From: Octopus sinensis
Lineage: Eukaryota
NCBI RefSeq assembly: GCF_006345805.1
Contig: NC_043014.1
Location: 17,608,001-17,672,000 of the forward strand
Length of the DNA: 64,000 nt
Direction of reading: 5' to 3'
Shown piece after piece: positions 12,937 to 26,930 of the stretch (position 1 is its first letter; each line of letters starts with the position of its first letter). Both the position numbers and the translations under genes were made by a program. The notes beneath the pieces are model-generated. The model was not told where the DNA came from. It did no database searches and saw only the letters and a list, made by a program, of their open reading frames with translations.

Positions 12937-13033
12937 CTCGTCGCCACTTTTAAAAACGGATATCCTCGTCGGCACTTTTGTAAGTGGATATTCACGTCGC
13001 CACTTTTATAAGTGAGTATTCTCGTCGCCACTT
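12937..13033 (-). promoter_or_regulatory. Four tandem primer-binding sites (28-bp period), consensus TGGCGACGAGGAT
   Basis: The reverse-complement motif CTCGTCGCCA (or a variant) starts at 12937, 12965, 12993 and 13021. It is complementary to the 3' end of eukaryotic tRNA-Ser(GCU) as I recall that sequence. Confidence 0.8.
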
Positions 13034-13287
13034 TTATATCCTTCTATACGCTGGATATATATATTTCACGAAGTGGGGATAGCCACATCTGTCTTCAAAT
13101 TACTCCACTAAAACACGATAATCCAATAAATACAAACTCTCAACAATCTCAACAACTTCCTACGACTTCCACGAACTCTCAACAGTTCTCACGGCTGGTA
13201 CCCATCTCAACCAATACGCTACTGTTATAAGAGTTCGGCTAGTCCATTCTTCCAATCCCACCGGGCTATCAGATTCACGCCGCAACA
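13034..13287 (-). repeat. 5' LTR
   Basis: Begins TGTTGCGGCG on the - strand and is followed after 3 nt by the PBS. Confidence 0.88.
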
Positions 13288-13377
13288 ATATATATTTATA
13301 TTTATATAAATAAGTTTTTGAGCCTACGAAACTCTCTGATTTGAATAGGGCTGAATCAAACTGTTTTACATAATAAT

Positions 13378-13553
13378 AATTTCAAATTTTGGCACAAGGC
13401 CAGCAGTTTCGTTGGATGGGATTGTTGTGGCCAACTGGTACTTATTTTATCGACCCCTACATGATGAAAGGCAAAGTCTACCTCCACAGAATTTGAACGC
13501 AGAACGTAAAAGATGGGCGAAATACCGCAAACCAGTTTGTCCAGCGTGCTAAC
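13378..13553 (-). mobile_element. SINE family B
   Basis: Reverse complement of the family B body (GATGAAAGGCAAAGTC..AATTTGAAC). Confidence 0.8.
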
Positions 13554-13557
13554 AGTA

Positions 13558-14380
13558 CAGTACCGTGCAAATGTCCTTGGCCACTTTAAGCTATTGTAAA
13601 TTTCTACTACTTGTCAACTTACAAGTGGATGTTTCACATTGCGTTGTTTTTTATAAATGAAACATTGGCCCTGTTGGAGTGATTTCAGTACCTAAACATT
13701 ATGTCTTGTAGTAGGAGTTCTGAATGAGAGTGGAAGATGCGAGACGACCCTCAAAATGACTGTGCAAATGTTTTCGGTCACCTTATATAAACCAGTCAAG
13801 ATACAGTGTTTTAAAACAGAAAAATGTCTATAATAGAAAATTTATTACATAATGCCCATTTCAAGAAGTTACTGTACATTGTTAATATTTCATGTAGCTT
13901 TCCTTAGCTTGAATAATTGCTTTAGTGCGCCTGGGAAGAGATGCACACAAATCCTTCACTATCTTCACAGGTATGAGATGCTATTCTCTGTGGCCGAGCT
14001 CTTCAAGATTGCGTGGATTCTTCTGACGAACTCTTCTCTTTAGTTCTGTACACATTTGCTCGATGATATTTAAGTCATGGCTCTGAACTGGCCAATCTTT
14101 CGATACAGTAACACCTCCATCAGCCAGACAGTTGTGTTGCACACGATCTGTGGCATAGAGATCCGTTATGCTGAAAAATCTCACCTTCACCCAAGTCTGG
14201 TATCAATTTGCCTTTCAGCAACTGGATGTATTTGGCACTATTCAAGTTACCGTCAATTTTAACCAACTTTCTTGAATCTTTACTGGGCTCGCATTAGGCA
14301 AGAAGTTGACCCATGACACTGCATGGACCTTGGCTTTTGTATTTGACGTTTGTTGCTTTAAGTGTTTTATTTATCTTAAT
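13558..14380 (-). mobile_element. Tc1-like transposon remnant
   Basis: TA|CAGTACCGTGCAAA terminus. The transposase C-terminus reads DWPVQSHDLNIIEQMCTELKRRV, matching the Tc1 WPSQSPDLNPIE motif. Confidence 0.8.
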
Positions 14381-15877
14381 ATATATAAGCCAATGAGGGA
14401 GACCTGTACATGGTAGCTAGACCTGATAGAAATAGCAGCCAAATCTCCCTCAAAACACCCTACTGTCTTAATCCGGCAATTCTACCTATTATGTAGTTTG
14501 AATGAGAAACTGTAACTAAAGACTAAGATTATAAACCCCACAGGGAAGGAAAGAAGAGAGACAGCATAGAGACGGTTTTGGCTGACTGTCATCCGGTACT
14601 CCCCTTGTTGCTAGCTAAATGGTATGTGCCGGCTGTCTGAGCAACTGGTTGTTTTAATAGCGGAACAAACAGGCCATAAGGATTACAAAATACCGATTCT
14701 CACTTTGAAACTAACAATTTTGAAAATCGTTTTAGATCACGGAACATCCTCTCTCTCATGTATCCATGTTTAAAATTTCGGCGCGATCGGATGAACAATA
14801 CTCGAGTTATAAGCGCACAGACAGACAGATAAGATTTTATATGTAGAGAGAGGGGGGGAGAGAGAAAGAGAGAGGGAGAAAGGGAAAGAGAAAAGTGGTG
14901 AAGGATAATTGTGCGCATGATGGGAAAAGTAGCTGAAAGAACTTCTTGGCTTTGGAGTCAGAGAGAGAGGAATTAAGCTGGAAGCCAGGAGGAAATGAGG
15001 ACCAGTAATTTGGCCACCTCTGCTGACCTACTAATGGATGGGTGGAGGTGTTACGGTTCAGGGTCGAAACACCCGATGAACGTTGAATACCGTCTGATGA
15101 CATCAATTCCTTCTGGCGAAAGCTCCATTCTCTTTGGTAAATGGAAAAAGGCACTTCCTTATAGGTGATATTAATAAATATATATACACACACGCACATG
15201 CATATATGGGTACAGGACGTCACCAACAGCAAAAAACATGAAATACGAAAACAAATGAGTTCAATACGCAAACAGCGAGAGAAACAAATGGAAAGCAGGA
15301 CAAGTAACACAAAGAAGGACCCTTCATCAGTTGTAGGCTGTCTATCTACTCCTCATTTCGAGCACTGAACGACAATATAAATCTTCGAAGACAGTTGCTT
15401 CCATAAGTACTAAATTAAAATTTGGGACTTATAGAGGGTCAAAGTTGGGAACAAAAATAGGACAGTGGAAACATACAAGGAAACCGAACGAAAACAAAGA
15501 TGGAGGGTCGTTAGACCAGAACGAGGGTAAAATAGCGAACGCTGGAGAAATATTTTCTTTTACAGGAGAAAAGATAGAAGAGAGGGATAGGATAGTGCTA
15601 TCCTTAGGACAGCCCTGAAAGAAAAGAAAGATGATCAGGCGAGGAAGAGAAAGATGGACGATGGTCACATGTGAACAACGAGAGAGAGAAAAGGAGAAAG
15701 AAGAAGAGAGTGAGCGACAGATAGAAAACGGTGAAGGGGAGAAAAAAGGAATTAGAGAAAAGGATGAGCAAAAACGATGGGGTAGAAAACAGTACAGAGT
15801 AGAGTCGCAGCCAAAAGATTAAGATAAACTTACTTGGAAATGGATGCGTGGTGTTCAATCAAATAAGAAAATAAATA

Positions 15878-15939
<62 letters not shown>

Positions 15940-16164
15940 GTATGTATGTATATATGCCTATATGGCTACAGGACGTCACCAACAGTAAACAACATGAAAT
16001 ACAAAAACAAATGAGTTAAATACGCAAACAAGAGAAACAAATGGAAAACAGGACAAGTAATATAAAGAACGAACCTTTATCAGTTATCGGCTGTCTATCT
16101 ACTCCTTATTTCGAGCATTAAACGACATAGTGCCCCAGTACGACTAATAGAAAAGATAAAAGAT

Positions 16165-16202
<38 letters not shown>

Positions 16203-16233
16203 TACAATTATACATGCACGCATATAAATATAT

Positions 16234-16300
<67 letters not shown>

Positions 16301-16358
16301 CATACATATATATATATACACATATATATATACTTCTATGCGTGTATATATAATTGTA

Positions 16359-16416
<58 letters not shown>

Positions 16417-17744
16417 ATCTTTTATCTTTTTTCAGTCATTGGATTGCAGCCATACTGGGGCACTGACTTGAACGTTTTAGTCGAGCAAATGGACCCCAGT
16501 ACATGTTTTCTTAAAGTCCGTTTTCATGCTATCTCTCTCTTTTGCTAAAAACAAACAACAACTGTTGTCAAGCGGTGTGGGGATGACAAACACACATACG
16601 CACACACACACACACACACACACACCTATAAACCTTGAACAGCCTTCATCACCGATTTTCGAATTTTATGGGGTCCTATAAGAACTGTCAACACCACTTG
16701 ACCAATGCTGGAGAAATAAGTAGCAAACGGGCTTCCACACAGTTTCTGACTATCAAATTCACTCATCAGGCATGTGGCTATAGTAGAAGACACCCAATGA
16801 AATGCGCAGTGGGACTGAACCCGAAATTCCATTGTCGCAAAGTGACCTTCTGAATCACACAACCATTTGCATAGTTTTATTTGTTTGCTCATCGCTCATG
16901 TTTAAGGGCGTATAGGAAAATTTATTATTCGCTTATTCCTTTCATTTACGAACCTTTTCAATTTATAACTTATTAGTGTCGTTGATTAAATTAGGTCTAT
17001 TTACTGCATATTATTCATTCAATTATCCATCTATTTATTCATATATTTCCATATTCATTATACTAGTAGGTATATTTAAATACCATCCTGTGATTATGTA
17101 ATTATGTTTTATATATGTGTGCTTACTTAGCATAAAATAATGTTGCTTGATTATACTGTGTGTCTCTAATTCTTTGACGCCATATTTCATGTTGAATCTA
17201 ATTTCATTGTTATAAATCAAATCCAGTTCAATGTGTATACAAACACACGCGCGAGCACACATGCACGCATGCACACACACACACATGCATGCATGCACGT
17301 ACGCACGCATGCACAAACACATGTGTTAGAATCATAAAAAAAATATTATGAAATAATTCAGTTGCATTTATCGACTCAGAATATTCAGTTTCAGATGAGC
17401 TTGCTGAATTAGCGAAAGCAAAGTTTTTTCTGCTGCAAAATGAAATCTGTAAAATACAGCCATTTGTTTTGCAGTCATGTTTAACTCGTATAGAGTCCTC
17501 TTGGATTTCTGGTCTCCTTGATCTCTGACTCAAAAATTATCCTTTCTCTCTGTTTTCCGCTCTCTCCTCTCTCTCTTCCTTTCTCCTCTCTCCCTCTTCT
17601 CTCTCCCCCTCTCTCTCATACATACGTACATACGACTCTTTTCCTCTCTCCTCTCTCTCTTCCTTTCTCTCATACATACTTACATACCAGTAGGAGGGAT
17701 ATTTGAGGAAACTTTATTAGTATAACCAATTAGACATTTTTATT

Positions 17745-18690
17745 TCTTTCAGTCCGCCATGGCAGATAAAATGCCAGTACAAGAAATAAAATGGCATGCT
17801 CTATGGTTAGAACACAGCGATTTAAAAATTGTAAGCTTTCTAAATGTTGCAATACCTTTTGTGCACAACATTCGGATAGAATTGGAAGTGTCTGGCGAAA
17901 ATGTTTCAACTGTATCAAGAGAAGAAAATATCCTACACAGTCCGACACAATAAGGACACCGCAACTTATCCAACAGATTCATTATTAATGACAATTCCAG
18001 GAAATCCCTGAGGACCATCACCAAAGAACTTCAGATGGTAGGGTGGACGATTAGAACTGTATTGCACGAAGACATTCGATACAAATCTTATATACTAATT
18101 CATATATTCAAAACACAGAAAAACCATTTCACCCATTCTAAACGGTTTCTTAAAAACGTTAGCAACCCTCACAGACGTGACATGCTTCAGTTCTTCTCTG
18201 AAAAGAAAAACTTCAACCAAGGCAAGCGTTTATCAGGAAAACTGGCAGATAGTTATATGCAGATCATTCTGTTGTCCTCAGAGTAATGCACATTAAGTTC
18301 CCAACAACTGTGATGGTTTTGGGAGTGGTGAGTAACGAAGTTCGTGTCATACCATCTCACATCTTTCCACAGAATTAATCTTACTGGATACGTTGAAGTA
18401 CTGGAGACAGTTGCTAAGTCCTGGATGGATAAAATATATAGCAGAAGGCCATACGCGTTTCAACAAATCTTAGTACCATCTCACAAAGCCCACATAACCC
18501 AATAATGGATATAAGATAATCTTTAGCGTCATGTAACACCAAACTTGTCAGATTTAAATCCTATAGAGAACTAAGTTTAGAACACTGTTGAAAGGGAGAC
18601 TAATCGACATCCTCATAACGCCATAGTTTCACCACAGGCCGCCATAGCTCAGATGATGTCCAAAATGAATAATGATTCCGGTCCTACATT
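17745..18690 (+). mobile_element. Degenerate mariner-like transposase, DD37D (maT) type
   Basis: Fragments KFPTTVMVLGVVSNEVRVIPSHIF, SWMDKIYSRRPYAFQQ and SDLNPIE..VERETNRHPHN match the maT-type pattern. Confidence 0.75.
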
Positions 18691-19204
18691 GAAACTATCA
18701 TGGATGATATTATTTGTCAGTTGTCTATTACCCGCCTTTTGACACGTGTTTTTGGTTTATTTAAATAGATTTAAGTAGTTATTCAGTTCAACCCTTTAAT
18801 GAAATCGATTGGACCCCGAACACTGTATCCAAATTGCTCTGGAATCAAAATACTCTAATTTTGATGCAATTGTAACAAAAATGAAATGATCACTTCTCAA
18901 AAACCTGAAGTTTCTAAAAAAACACCTTTTGCTTCATAATGAAGATACTAATTTATTTCATTGCATTTGTTTTATACTTTTTATATTCATAATTGTATTC
19001 CCTACATAAACAGATCCAACAAACCTTTTGAATCCAGAGAATCTATGATTTCTTCCTTTCAAATCAATGGGGTAATGTCGGCGTAAATAAATATATTTTG
19101 GGGTAATTGGTTAAAAAATTTCTCCGACCCCTGTCATAGACGGTGCATTGGCCGAATCGTTAAAGCATCAGACAAAATGTTACGAGTGATTTATGTTTTA
19201 TCTT

Positions 19205-19605
19205 ATAGTTGTTTCAGTCTCTAGACTGCGGCCATTCTGGGGCACCGCCTAAAAGACTTTTAGTCTAATGAACCGACCACAGAACTTGTTTTCTTTTTTT
19301 AAGACTGGTATTTATTCTATATGTCTCTTTTTGACGAACCGCTTGATCATGGGAAGATAATTAAATCAACACCGGTTGTCATGCGGTGGTGGGGGACAGA
19401 TATAGACGCAAATACCTCCCCCACACACACATGCGCGCGCGCGCACACACACACACATACACACTCAGACTTCTTTCAGTTTCCATCGACCAAATCCACT
19501 CCCAAGGCTTTTGGTCGTCACAAAGCTATAGTAGAATATACTTGTCCAAGGTACCGCGCAGAGGGACTGAACCTCGAACCATGTTGTTTGGAGGCAAGTG
19601 AACCA
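19205..19605 (-). mobile_element. CORE-type SINE (family A)
   Basis: Reverse complement of head, CORE-like block, microsatellite and tail. Confidence 0.85.
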
Positions 19606-20172
19606 TGTGGCTGGGAAAGCATTTTTATATACTCTGAACTGAAATCCAACCGAAATCAACTTTAGCTTTCAAACTTCCGGGAGGTGGGGCGGTAAACAAT
19701 AAAGTAAAGCACCAGTCAAGCAAATGGAGTTGGTTGCTGTAATGTATCCAAAACGGAAATAGACGACAAAATTAGGTAATGGGAAAAATAAAAATAAAAC
19801 TAGAATTTGAATTTTCAATTCAACATACATACATACATATATAGATACATACGTACATACATACATATACAACGATGTAGGTTATACCTACTTAGTTGAA
19901 GCTAACCTATGATATGTATATGCTATCTCTTTAAATGATACTTTCGAAAGTGCCCATAAACGCCTACGCACTTCAGACACACATACACACAGTCATAGCT
20001 CACTCGGACATACACACACGCACATAGACAGGCGACCTATATACAGAAAGTTACTGAAGCATAAACACCTTCCGCACGCAGTTATACACTTATTTACACA
20101 TACATACACGCATTTAAATGTACATACATGTGGATGCTAGCCACTGATAAATCATCAAATAATGATTTTAAC

Positions 20173-20219
<47 letters not shown>

Positions 20220-20239
20220 TATTTGTATGTATGTATAAA

Positions 20240-20478
20240 TACACCCCCTCTTGGTGGGGGCTATATAAAATTTTGTTGCTGAAATTTCTGTGCAATAAGC
20301 TGGTTATAATTTTACAGGACACAAAATATTTGTACAATTTTTTTTTAATACAATTCCTAAAAATATCTAATTGTAAAAATATATTAAAGTTTTTTAAACA
20401 TTGAATGGCTATGAGATCTGGGCCAAGTGGGATATGAATGAAAGGGGTCCGTAGGCAAAAAATGGTTGAGAACCGTTG
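20240..20478 (+). mobile_element. 3' end of a hAT/Charlie-like non-autonomous element
   Basis: Ends GGGGTCCGTAGGCAAAAAATGGTTGAGAACCGTTG, resembling Charlie-type right ends. Confidence 0.45.
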
Positions 20479-20528
20479 GACTAAACCATTCAAGACGGTG
20501 TTCCCGCACAACCGCATTACAATGACTA

Positions 20529-20591
<63 letters not shown>

Positions 20592-20608
20592 CGTGTGTGT
20601 GTGTGTGT

Positions 20609-20647
<39 letters not shown>

Positions 20648-21306
20648 TGTGTCTGTGTACACATGCACACAAACACATATATATGCGCTCACACATATTT
20701 GTCACACATCAACACGCATATATGCATTTATGCCACTCAGACATCTAGTCACGACAAACACACAATACACACACTTCCGAGAACATCATACTCTCATAGA
20801 CCAACAAGTATCATATATATAAATACGTATCAGTCACAATGACAACGTCGCACCCACTCTCATATATAAATATAATTACTGGGAAGAACTTTTATAACAG
20901 TCACCCAGCTTTTACACACACACACACACACACTCTCTCTCTCTCGTTTTGTTTATTTCTTTCATCTCTCTCTCTCCTCCTCACGCACACATACATTTAT
21001 ATGTATATACAGATATATATATATATACACACGAAGACAAATCGACTGTGCAAAAACATCATTTACGTCAAGTACGTCGAGGTTTAAAACTGTTTTTACC
21101 CACTCGCAGTCACAGACAAAAAAAAGTGAGTAGAAAAGTTATTGGAATTAATTTAATAAGAATTCAATTATGGCTCATTACTAAAAATGAATTAACAAAT
21201 AACAAATAGAAAACTTTTTCTTTTCCTTTTCTTTTGATGTGCGCAAAACAAACCATTCCGTTTTTGACGTTGAGACAGGACAAAGTATTGAGAACACTTG
21301 GAGTGG

Positions 21307-21657
21307 TTTACTCTTTCACTTGTTGCAGTTATTTGACTGCGGCCATGCTGGAGCACCGCCTTTAATCGAGCAACTCGACCCCGGAACTTATTCTTTTGCA
21401 AGCCCAGTACTTATTCTATCGGTCTTTTTTGCCGAACCGCTAGGGGGGTGGTGGCAAACACAGACACATACACATATATATACATACATATATACGACGG
21501 GCTTCTTTCAGTTTCCGTCTACCAAATCCACTCACAAGGCATTGGTCAGCCCGGGGCTATAGCAGAAGACACTTGCCCAAGATGCCACGCAGTGGGACTG
21601 AACCCGGAACCATGTGGTTGGTTAGCAAGCTACTTACCACACAGCCACTCCTGCGCC
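21307..21657 (-). mobile_element. Full-length CORE-type SINE (family A), CpGs retained
   Basis: Minus strand starts GGCGCAGGAGTGGCTGTGTGGTAAG, with GGTTCAGTCCC (B box) and GGCATCTTGGGCAAGTGTCTT (CORE-like). Confidence 0.9.
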
Positions 21658-21739
21658 TATATACGTATATATATATATACGATTGTATATTATTTTTTAA
21701 TTTTTATATACTGTACACACACAAACACACACACAGACA

Positions 21740-21991
21740 TTTCTTTTAGTCATTAGACTGCGGCCTTGCTGAGGCACCGACTTGAAGAATCTGTTAGTGG
21801 AATGAATTGACCCCAGTACATATTTTTTGCGAAGCCTGGTACATATTTTATCGTCACTTTACCGAAACGCTATATTACGAGGGTGTAAACAAACCAACAC
21901 CGATTATCAAGCGGTGGCGGGGGACAAAACACACACACACACATCTATCTATCTCTCTATCTATCTGTCTGTCTATCTCTGTCTCTCTCTC

Positions 21992-22064
<73 letters not shown>

Positions 22065-22203
22065 CAACAACAACAAAAAATATATATGACGCCCTTCTTT
22101 CAGTTTCCATCTGCCAGAACTATTGACAAGGCTTTGGTCGGCCCGATGCTTTATTAGAAGTGGGTTGGAACCTAGAACCATGTATCCACACAGCCATGCC
22201 TGT
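21740..22203 (-). mobile_element. Diverged CORE-type SINE (family A)
   Basis: Same modules as 21307-21657 with an expanded internal microsatellite. Confidence 0.8.
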
Positions 22204-22925
22204 GACTAAATATGTGTCTTTGTATTTATTTACTGGTTCTATATTTGAGCTACGGTCAGGCTGGGGCACCATCTGAAGGAGATTTTTAGACGGGGGATAT
22301 CTACTCTAGATCTTATTTCAGTTTGACTCTGGGCGCTTATTTTCATTGATGTCTACTGAATGGTTATCTTTTTGTTTTTGATATAAAAGAATGTAACTTG
22401 ATACACCGGAAAGCGCGCTCGCTCGTACACACACACACACACACACAATCACACCTTTTTCTGTGTGTGTGTGTGTGTATTCCTTTAGGAATGTCAGATT
22501 TTTTAATTCATATTTTTTTTTAAACTAAACAATTTGAAACTTCGGATACTGGTTGAATGTGTCACGTAGAACACGGTTTACTCTTAACGTTTTATTCACT
22601 AATTAGGGAATGGGTGAGAAAAACAGAAAGTTCTTTTTTAGGGAATACATACGTGTGTGTGTGCGTGTGTATTTTTCCATCTTATCCAATGTATCTTCTC
22701 GTCTATATAATGTTAGCGTGTGACATTGAGAGAGATTTGTCTGTTATTTCCAGCACATCAAGCAACTATACAGATTCTCACATTTTCTCTCATACACACA
22801 CACATACATACACACACACATACATGCATATATACACATACATACATACATACATGTACATATACACAAATATACGTTTTAATCGTTTTCAGTTTACCCG
22901 ATTATTTTTAATGTGACAAAGCGTA

Positions 22926-22968
<43 letters not shown>

Positions 22969-23444
22969 GCTGATATTGAATAGATCCGAAATCTCTATAT
23001 TCCATTATTTTCGTTGGTAATCACAAATAGAAAAAGGAAGCATTAACACTATTCCGCGCGACGTGTGACGTCCTGGACATCACATTTTTCAAAACATTTC
23101 TGATGATTCTTTGGTTTTCAAAGTAAGAAAACAAACAAGGAGAAACGGAGAAACCACCTATTCGATTTTTAAAATTATCTTTCTATCTCCTTTACCGCGC
23201 AAATCCTTCGTTTTAAACTTACTTCGAAACTTCTGGTGGTGAGGGATGATTCCACGTTAAAAGTACAGAAGTTAGGATTACGAAAAGAAAATCTTTATTT
23301 TCTTATATTTTCGATGCCGATGGCTTACGATAATTTACCTCTTTGAATTTGTGGTCATAAACCGAAAGTATGGCATGTAAAATTGTATTGATCCTTTGTC
23401 AGATAATTGATGAGGATTTGGCGACCTTCTGTATCTGTGTTCCG

Positions 23445-23800
23445 TTTGTGCATTTGCTTACGAACCACATGGTTCCGGGTTCATTCCCACTGCGTGGCAC
23501 CTTAGGCAAGTGTCTTCTACTATAGCTTCGGGTTGACCAAAGCCTTGTGAGTGGATTTGGTAGACGGAAACCGAAAGAAACCCGTCGTATATATGTTTGT
23601 GTGTCTGTGTTTGTTCCCCACAACATCGCTTGACAACAGATGCTGGTGTGCTTACGTCCCTGTAACTTAGCGGTTCGGCAAAAGGGACGATAGAATAAGT
23701 ACTCGGCTTACAAAGAATAAGTCCTGGGGTCGATTTGATCGACTAAAGGCAGTGCTCCAGCATGGCCACAGTCAAATGACTGAAACAGGTAAAAGCGTAA
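23445..23800 (+). mobile_element. CORE-type SINE (family A)
   Basis: CCACATGGTTCCGGGTTCA.TCCCACTGCGTGGCACCTT.GGCAAGTGTCTT through the tail. Confidence 0.9.
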
Positions 23801-23821
23801 AGAGTAATATATATGTATGTA

Positions 23822-23902
<81 letters not shown>

Positions 23903-24087
23903 TATATATATATATTACAATACATTCTACGTTTGTATGTGTGTTGTGTGTGTGTGTAAGAAAGTTGAACAGGCGGTAATGGATTCAAAGTAAGCATTTA
24001 TAAACAGAAGTGAGTATAAATACATATCAGCGGAAAAACAGGAAAATCTGGAAAGTGATAGTTCATAGTAATTCTTCACATGTGTGT

Positions 24088-24135
<48 letters not shown>

Positions 24136-24441
24136 TATGTATATAATTAAGAGAATAGCCTCTATTAAGTAATTCAATAGTGAAAGACTTTATCTATATC
24201 ATATAGAAAAATTTGATATTCTATAATAAATATTATTAAAAAATCACTAAATTAAATAAACATTAAATTGACTACGCGCGTTTCGTGACTATATCTTTAT
24301 ATATATGCTTATATATATATTTTTAATGCATGTGTGTGTGTATATATATAAATTGTTTGGTATGCAGATTTTATGTATTATCCAAAATTCTGATTATCTC
24401 CTTTTCCTTAATATATGCATGTATGTATGTATGCTTGTGTG

Positions 24442-24503
<62 letters not shown>

Positions 24504-24581
24504 TAGCCATGATAAGATGGCTTCTATACTTTACATTATCAAGCGATTACTGTTTCAATCTCATTCTGAGATTTAATTATG

Positions 24582-24628
<47 letters not shown>

Positions 24629-25099
24629 TATATGCATGTAAGTATAAGAGGTGTACATTAAAAATTGGCATGTTAAAATTAAAATTTTTTCTCTGACTAG
24701 AAATTTACAAAATACTTGAAAGTAGACACCAAGCTCAAACTACTTTCATTATGTTAGACTGATAATGTTTAAAATAATACTTAAGTTCTGTAAAGGGATT
24801 GCTACTAATAATAGCAAAGCGATGTATGTTTACTTAAGTATCATCTTAAGTGGGACCATTTCCTTTCATCCTAACTACGCTCATTATTTTTGACGAATAT
24901 TCAGTGTCATTCTCAGGGTTCCTGTTTACGTTATTAACATCAAATTTCGAGCTTTCGTTAAAGGAATTTGATATTTATCGGACTACGATAAAGAACATGA
25001 GTATTGACATAATGAGATACGCCAAAATCTTTTTCACTCAATTTTACATCGAGAATTTTGCAGACAAAAACGAAGTAATCTTTTTATATAGGCGCAAAG

Positions 25100-25270
25100 T
25101 CTGAAATTTCAGTTGAGGTGCGGGGGCTAGTTGATTACATCGACTTCAGTGCTCAACAGGCAATTAATTATTTTATCGACCTCGAAGGGATGAAGGCAAA
25201 GTCGACCTCGGCGAAATTTGAACTCAGAATGTAAAGTCGTAAGAAATGCCACGAAGCATTTTGACCAATA
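25100..25270 (-). mobile_element. SINE family B
   Basis: GATGAAGGCAAAGTCGACCTCGGCGAAATTTGAACTCAG. Confidence 0.8.
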
Positions 25271-25589
25271 ACGAAATAATGAAAATATTAACGAATAAAA
25301 GTATTCATTAAAAAACAAACAAACAAAATAAACTCTTTTTCTGTGTGTCTTTAAGGTCCGCCTCAATCAATGCTTCTCTATGTGGAACGTGGGTTACTTA
25401 GGAACGTAAGAATGAGACCTAGGTAACTAAGAAGTGAATAAAAGTACCAATATTATATATATTAGATGAATATATACATACATATACATATATGTATTTC
25501 TCTCTCTCCCCCCTCCTTCTCTCTGGCAACCAATGCCTAGTGCGCGCGTGTACATGAATTTGGTAAACAGAAACTGAGTCGTGTGTATA

Positions 25590-26615
25590 TGGCATCCGGA
25601 CAAAAGCGCCCTAAGGACAAAATGGCCCCGAACAAACCCCCCTTGTTAAAGTGTGAAAGTGAACAACCCACCCTCGGTTATTCTCCGCCTTCCTTATCGA
25701 CCTCAGAATGTTTCTAGTTTCAATCCTTAGACTATTAGACTGCAGTCATGCTGGGGCACCGCCTTGAGGACTTTTTTTATTACTTGTTTCAGTCATTAGA
25801 CTGCGGCCATGTTAGGGCACCGCCTTGAAGAATTTTTAGTCGCAAAAAATGAGCATTTTAAAATTTAAATTTAGTCTTTTGTCTTCTTCTCTCAACACTT
25901 AGAGATTAATGAGAATGAGCTGACCTTTTGAACTTTCTCCGGCCGTTGAAGGTCTAATAGAATTATGGCGCCGAAGGCTAGTCGTCCAAACGTACTTCTT
26001 ATCGTTTCTATCTTTCTACCCATCTCTTGAAGTAAATACTTTTGTTAGAATTCAGACAATATGTATACATTGAGCAGTAAAGTCCTGTGTTCTGTCATTC
26101 TATTCTATTTATTTTCGATTGGATATATTTTTGTCTACTTAAACATAGTAATTTTGAATAATAAAAGTTTTTTTACAATCGCGATTTCCTGTTTTGTTTA
26201 CGTGAAATTATAAAAACAAATTCAAGAGATTTGGTTGTTATTTCTAGCATGTGTAGAGACCTTTTAAGCTTAACTTCATGTGCTGGTTGAAAATAATCTG
26301 AAAAATATTCTGGGGGCAAAATATTTGACTGAAAATTTTTCAAGGTGGTGCCCCAGCATGGCCGCAGTCATGCAACAAGTAAGCAGAAAAAAAAGAAAGT
26401 TCTGGTGTCAATACATTCGACTACAAATTCTTCAAGGTGGGGCCCCATCTTGGCCGCAGTCTAATGACTGTAACAAGTAAAAAGGGGGAAAAAAAACGAA
26501 CCCCCCCCCCCCGAAAAATATAATCAAGAGGGGTTTTGACCACTTTCACACTTTAACTATGTGGGTTTTTGTCCTAGGTGGGGTTAGGTTTATCCTAAGG
26601 GTCTTTTGTGCTACA
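25590..26615. mobile_element. Non-autonomous DNA transposon with about 90-bp imperfect TIRs, containing SINE tail fragments
   Basis: GTTAAAGTGTGAAAGTG near 25645 is mirrored by CACTTTCACACTTTAAC near 26541, with GGACAAAA repeats on both arms. Exact ends and TSD are not resolved. Confidence 0.55.
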
Positions 26616-26886
26616 CTTGTGGATATATATGTATATGGTGGTCGTGGGCTGAATGTATATGTATATGTTGGTAGGGGGGGGGTATCTCTGTGTTTGTTCT
26701 CCCACCGCTTACCAACTGGTGTTGGTTTCTTTACATCCGCATAACTCAAGATATTTAATCACCAAGGCTCTTACCAACTAAACATGTAGTTTAAGCAAAT
26801 GGGATGAATTAACCAAAAATAAACCACACAAAGAATACAAACATCTACATGCATACATACATATACACACACATATGTACATACTA

Positions 26887-26930
<44 letters not shown>

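Larger units (their letters stand above)
8873..13287 (-). mobile_element. Degenerate Gypsy LTR retrotransposon, Mag-like clade
   Basis: Two related LTRs (8873-9137 and 13034-13287), PPT, PBS, gag-PR-RT-RNaseH-IN order on the - strand, and a 5-bp ATATA on both flanks (low complexity, so the TSD is tentative). Confidence 0.92.

Noticed and set aside
15094-15130. CTGATGA ... GAAA spacing suggestive of a hammerhead
   Set aside because: No stem II closing pair and no stem III/UH site can be formed.
15320-15365. GAAA followed by CTGATGA on the - strand in a four-copy repeat (possible type II/III hammerhead)
   Set aside because: No complementary stem III or NUH site lies between the motifs, and the stem II strands do not pair.
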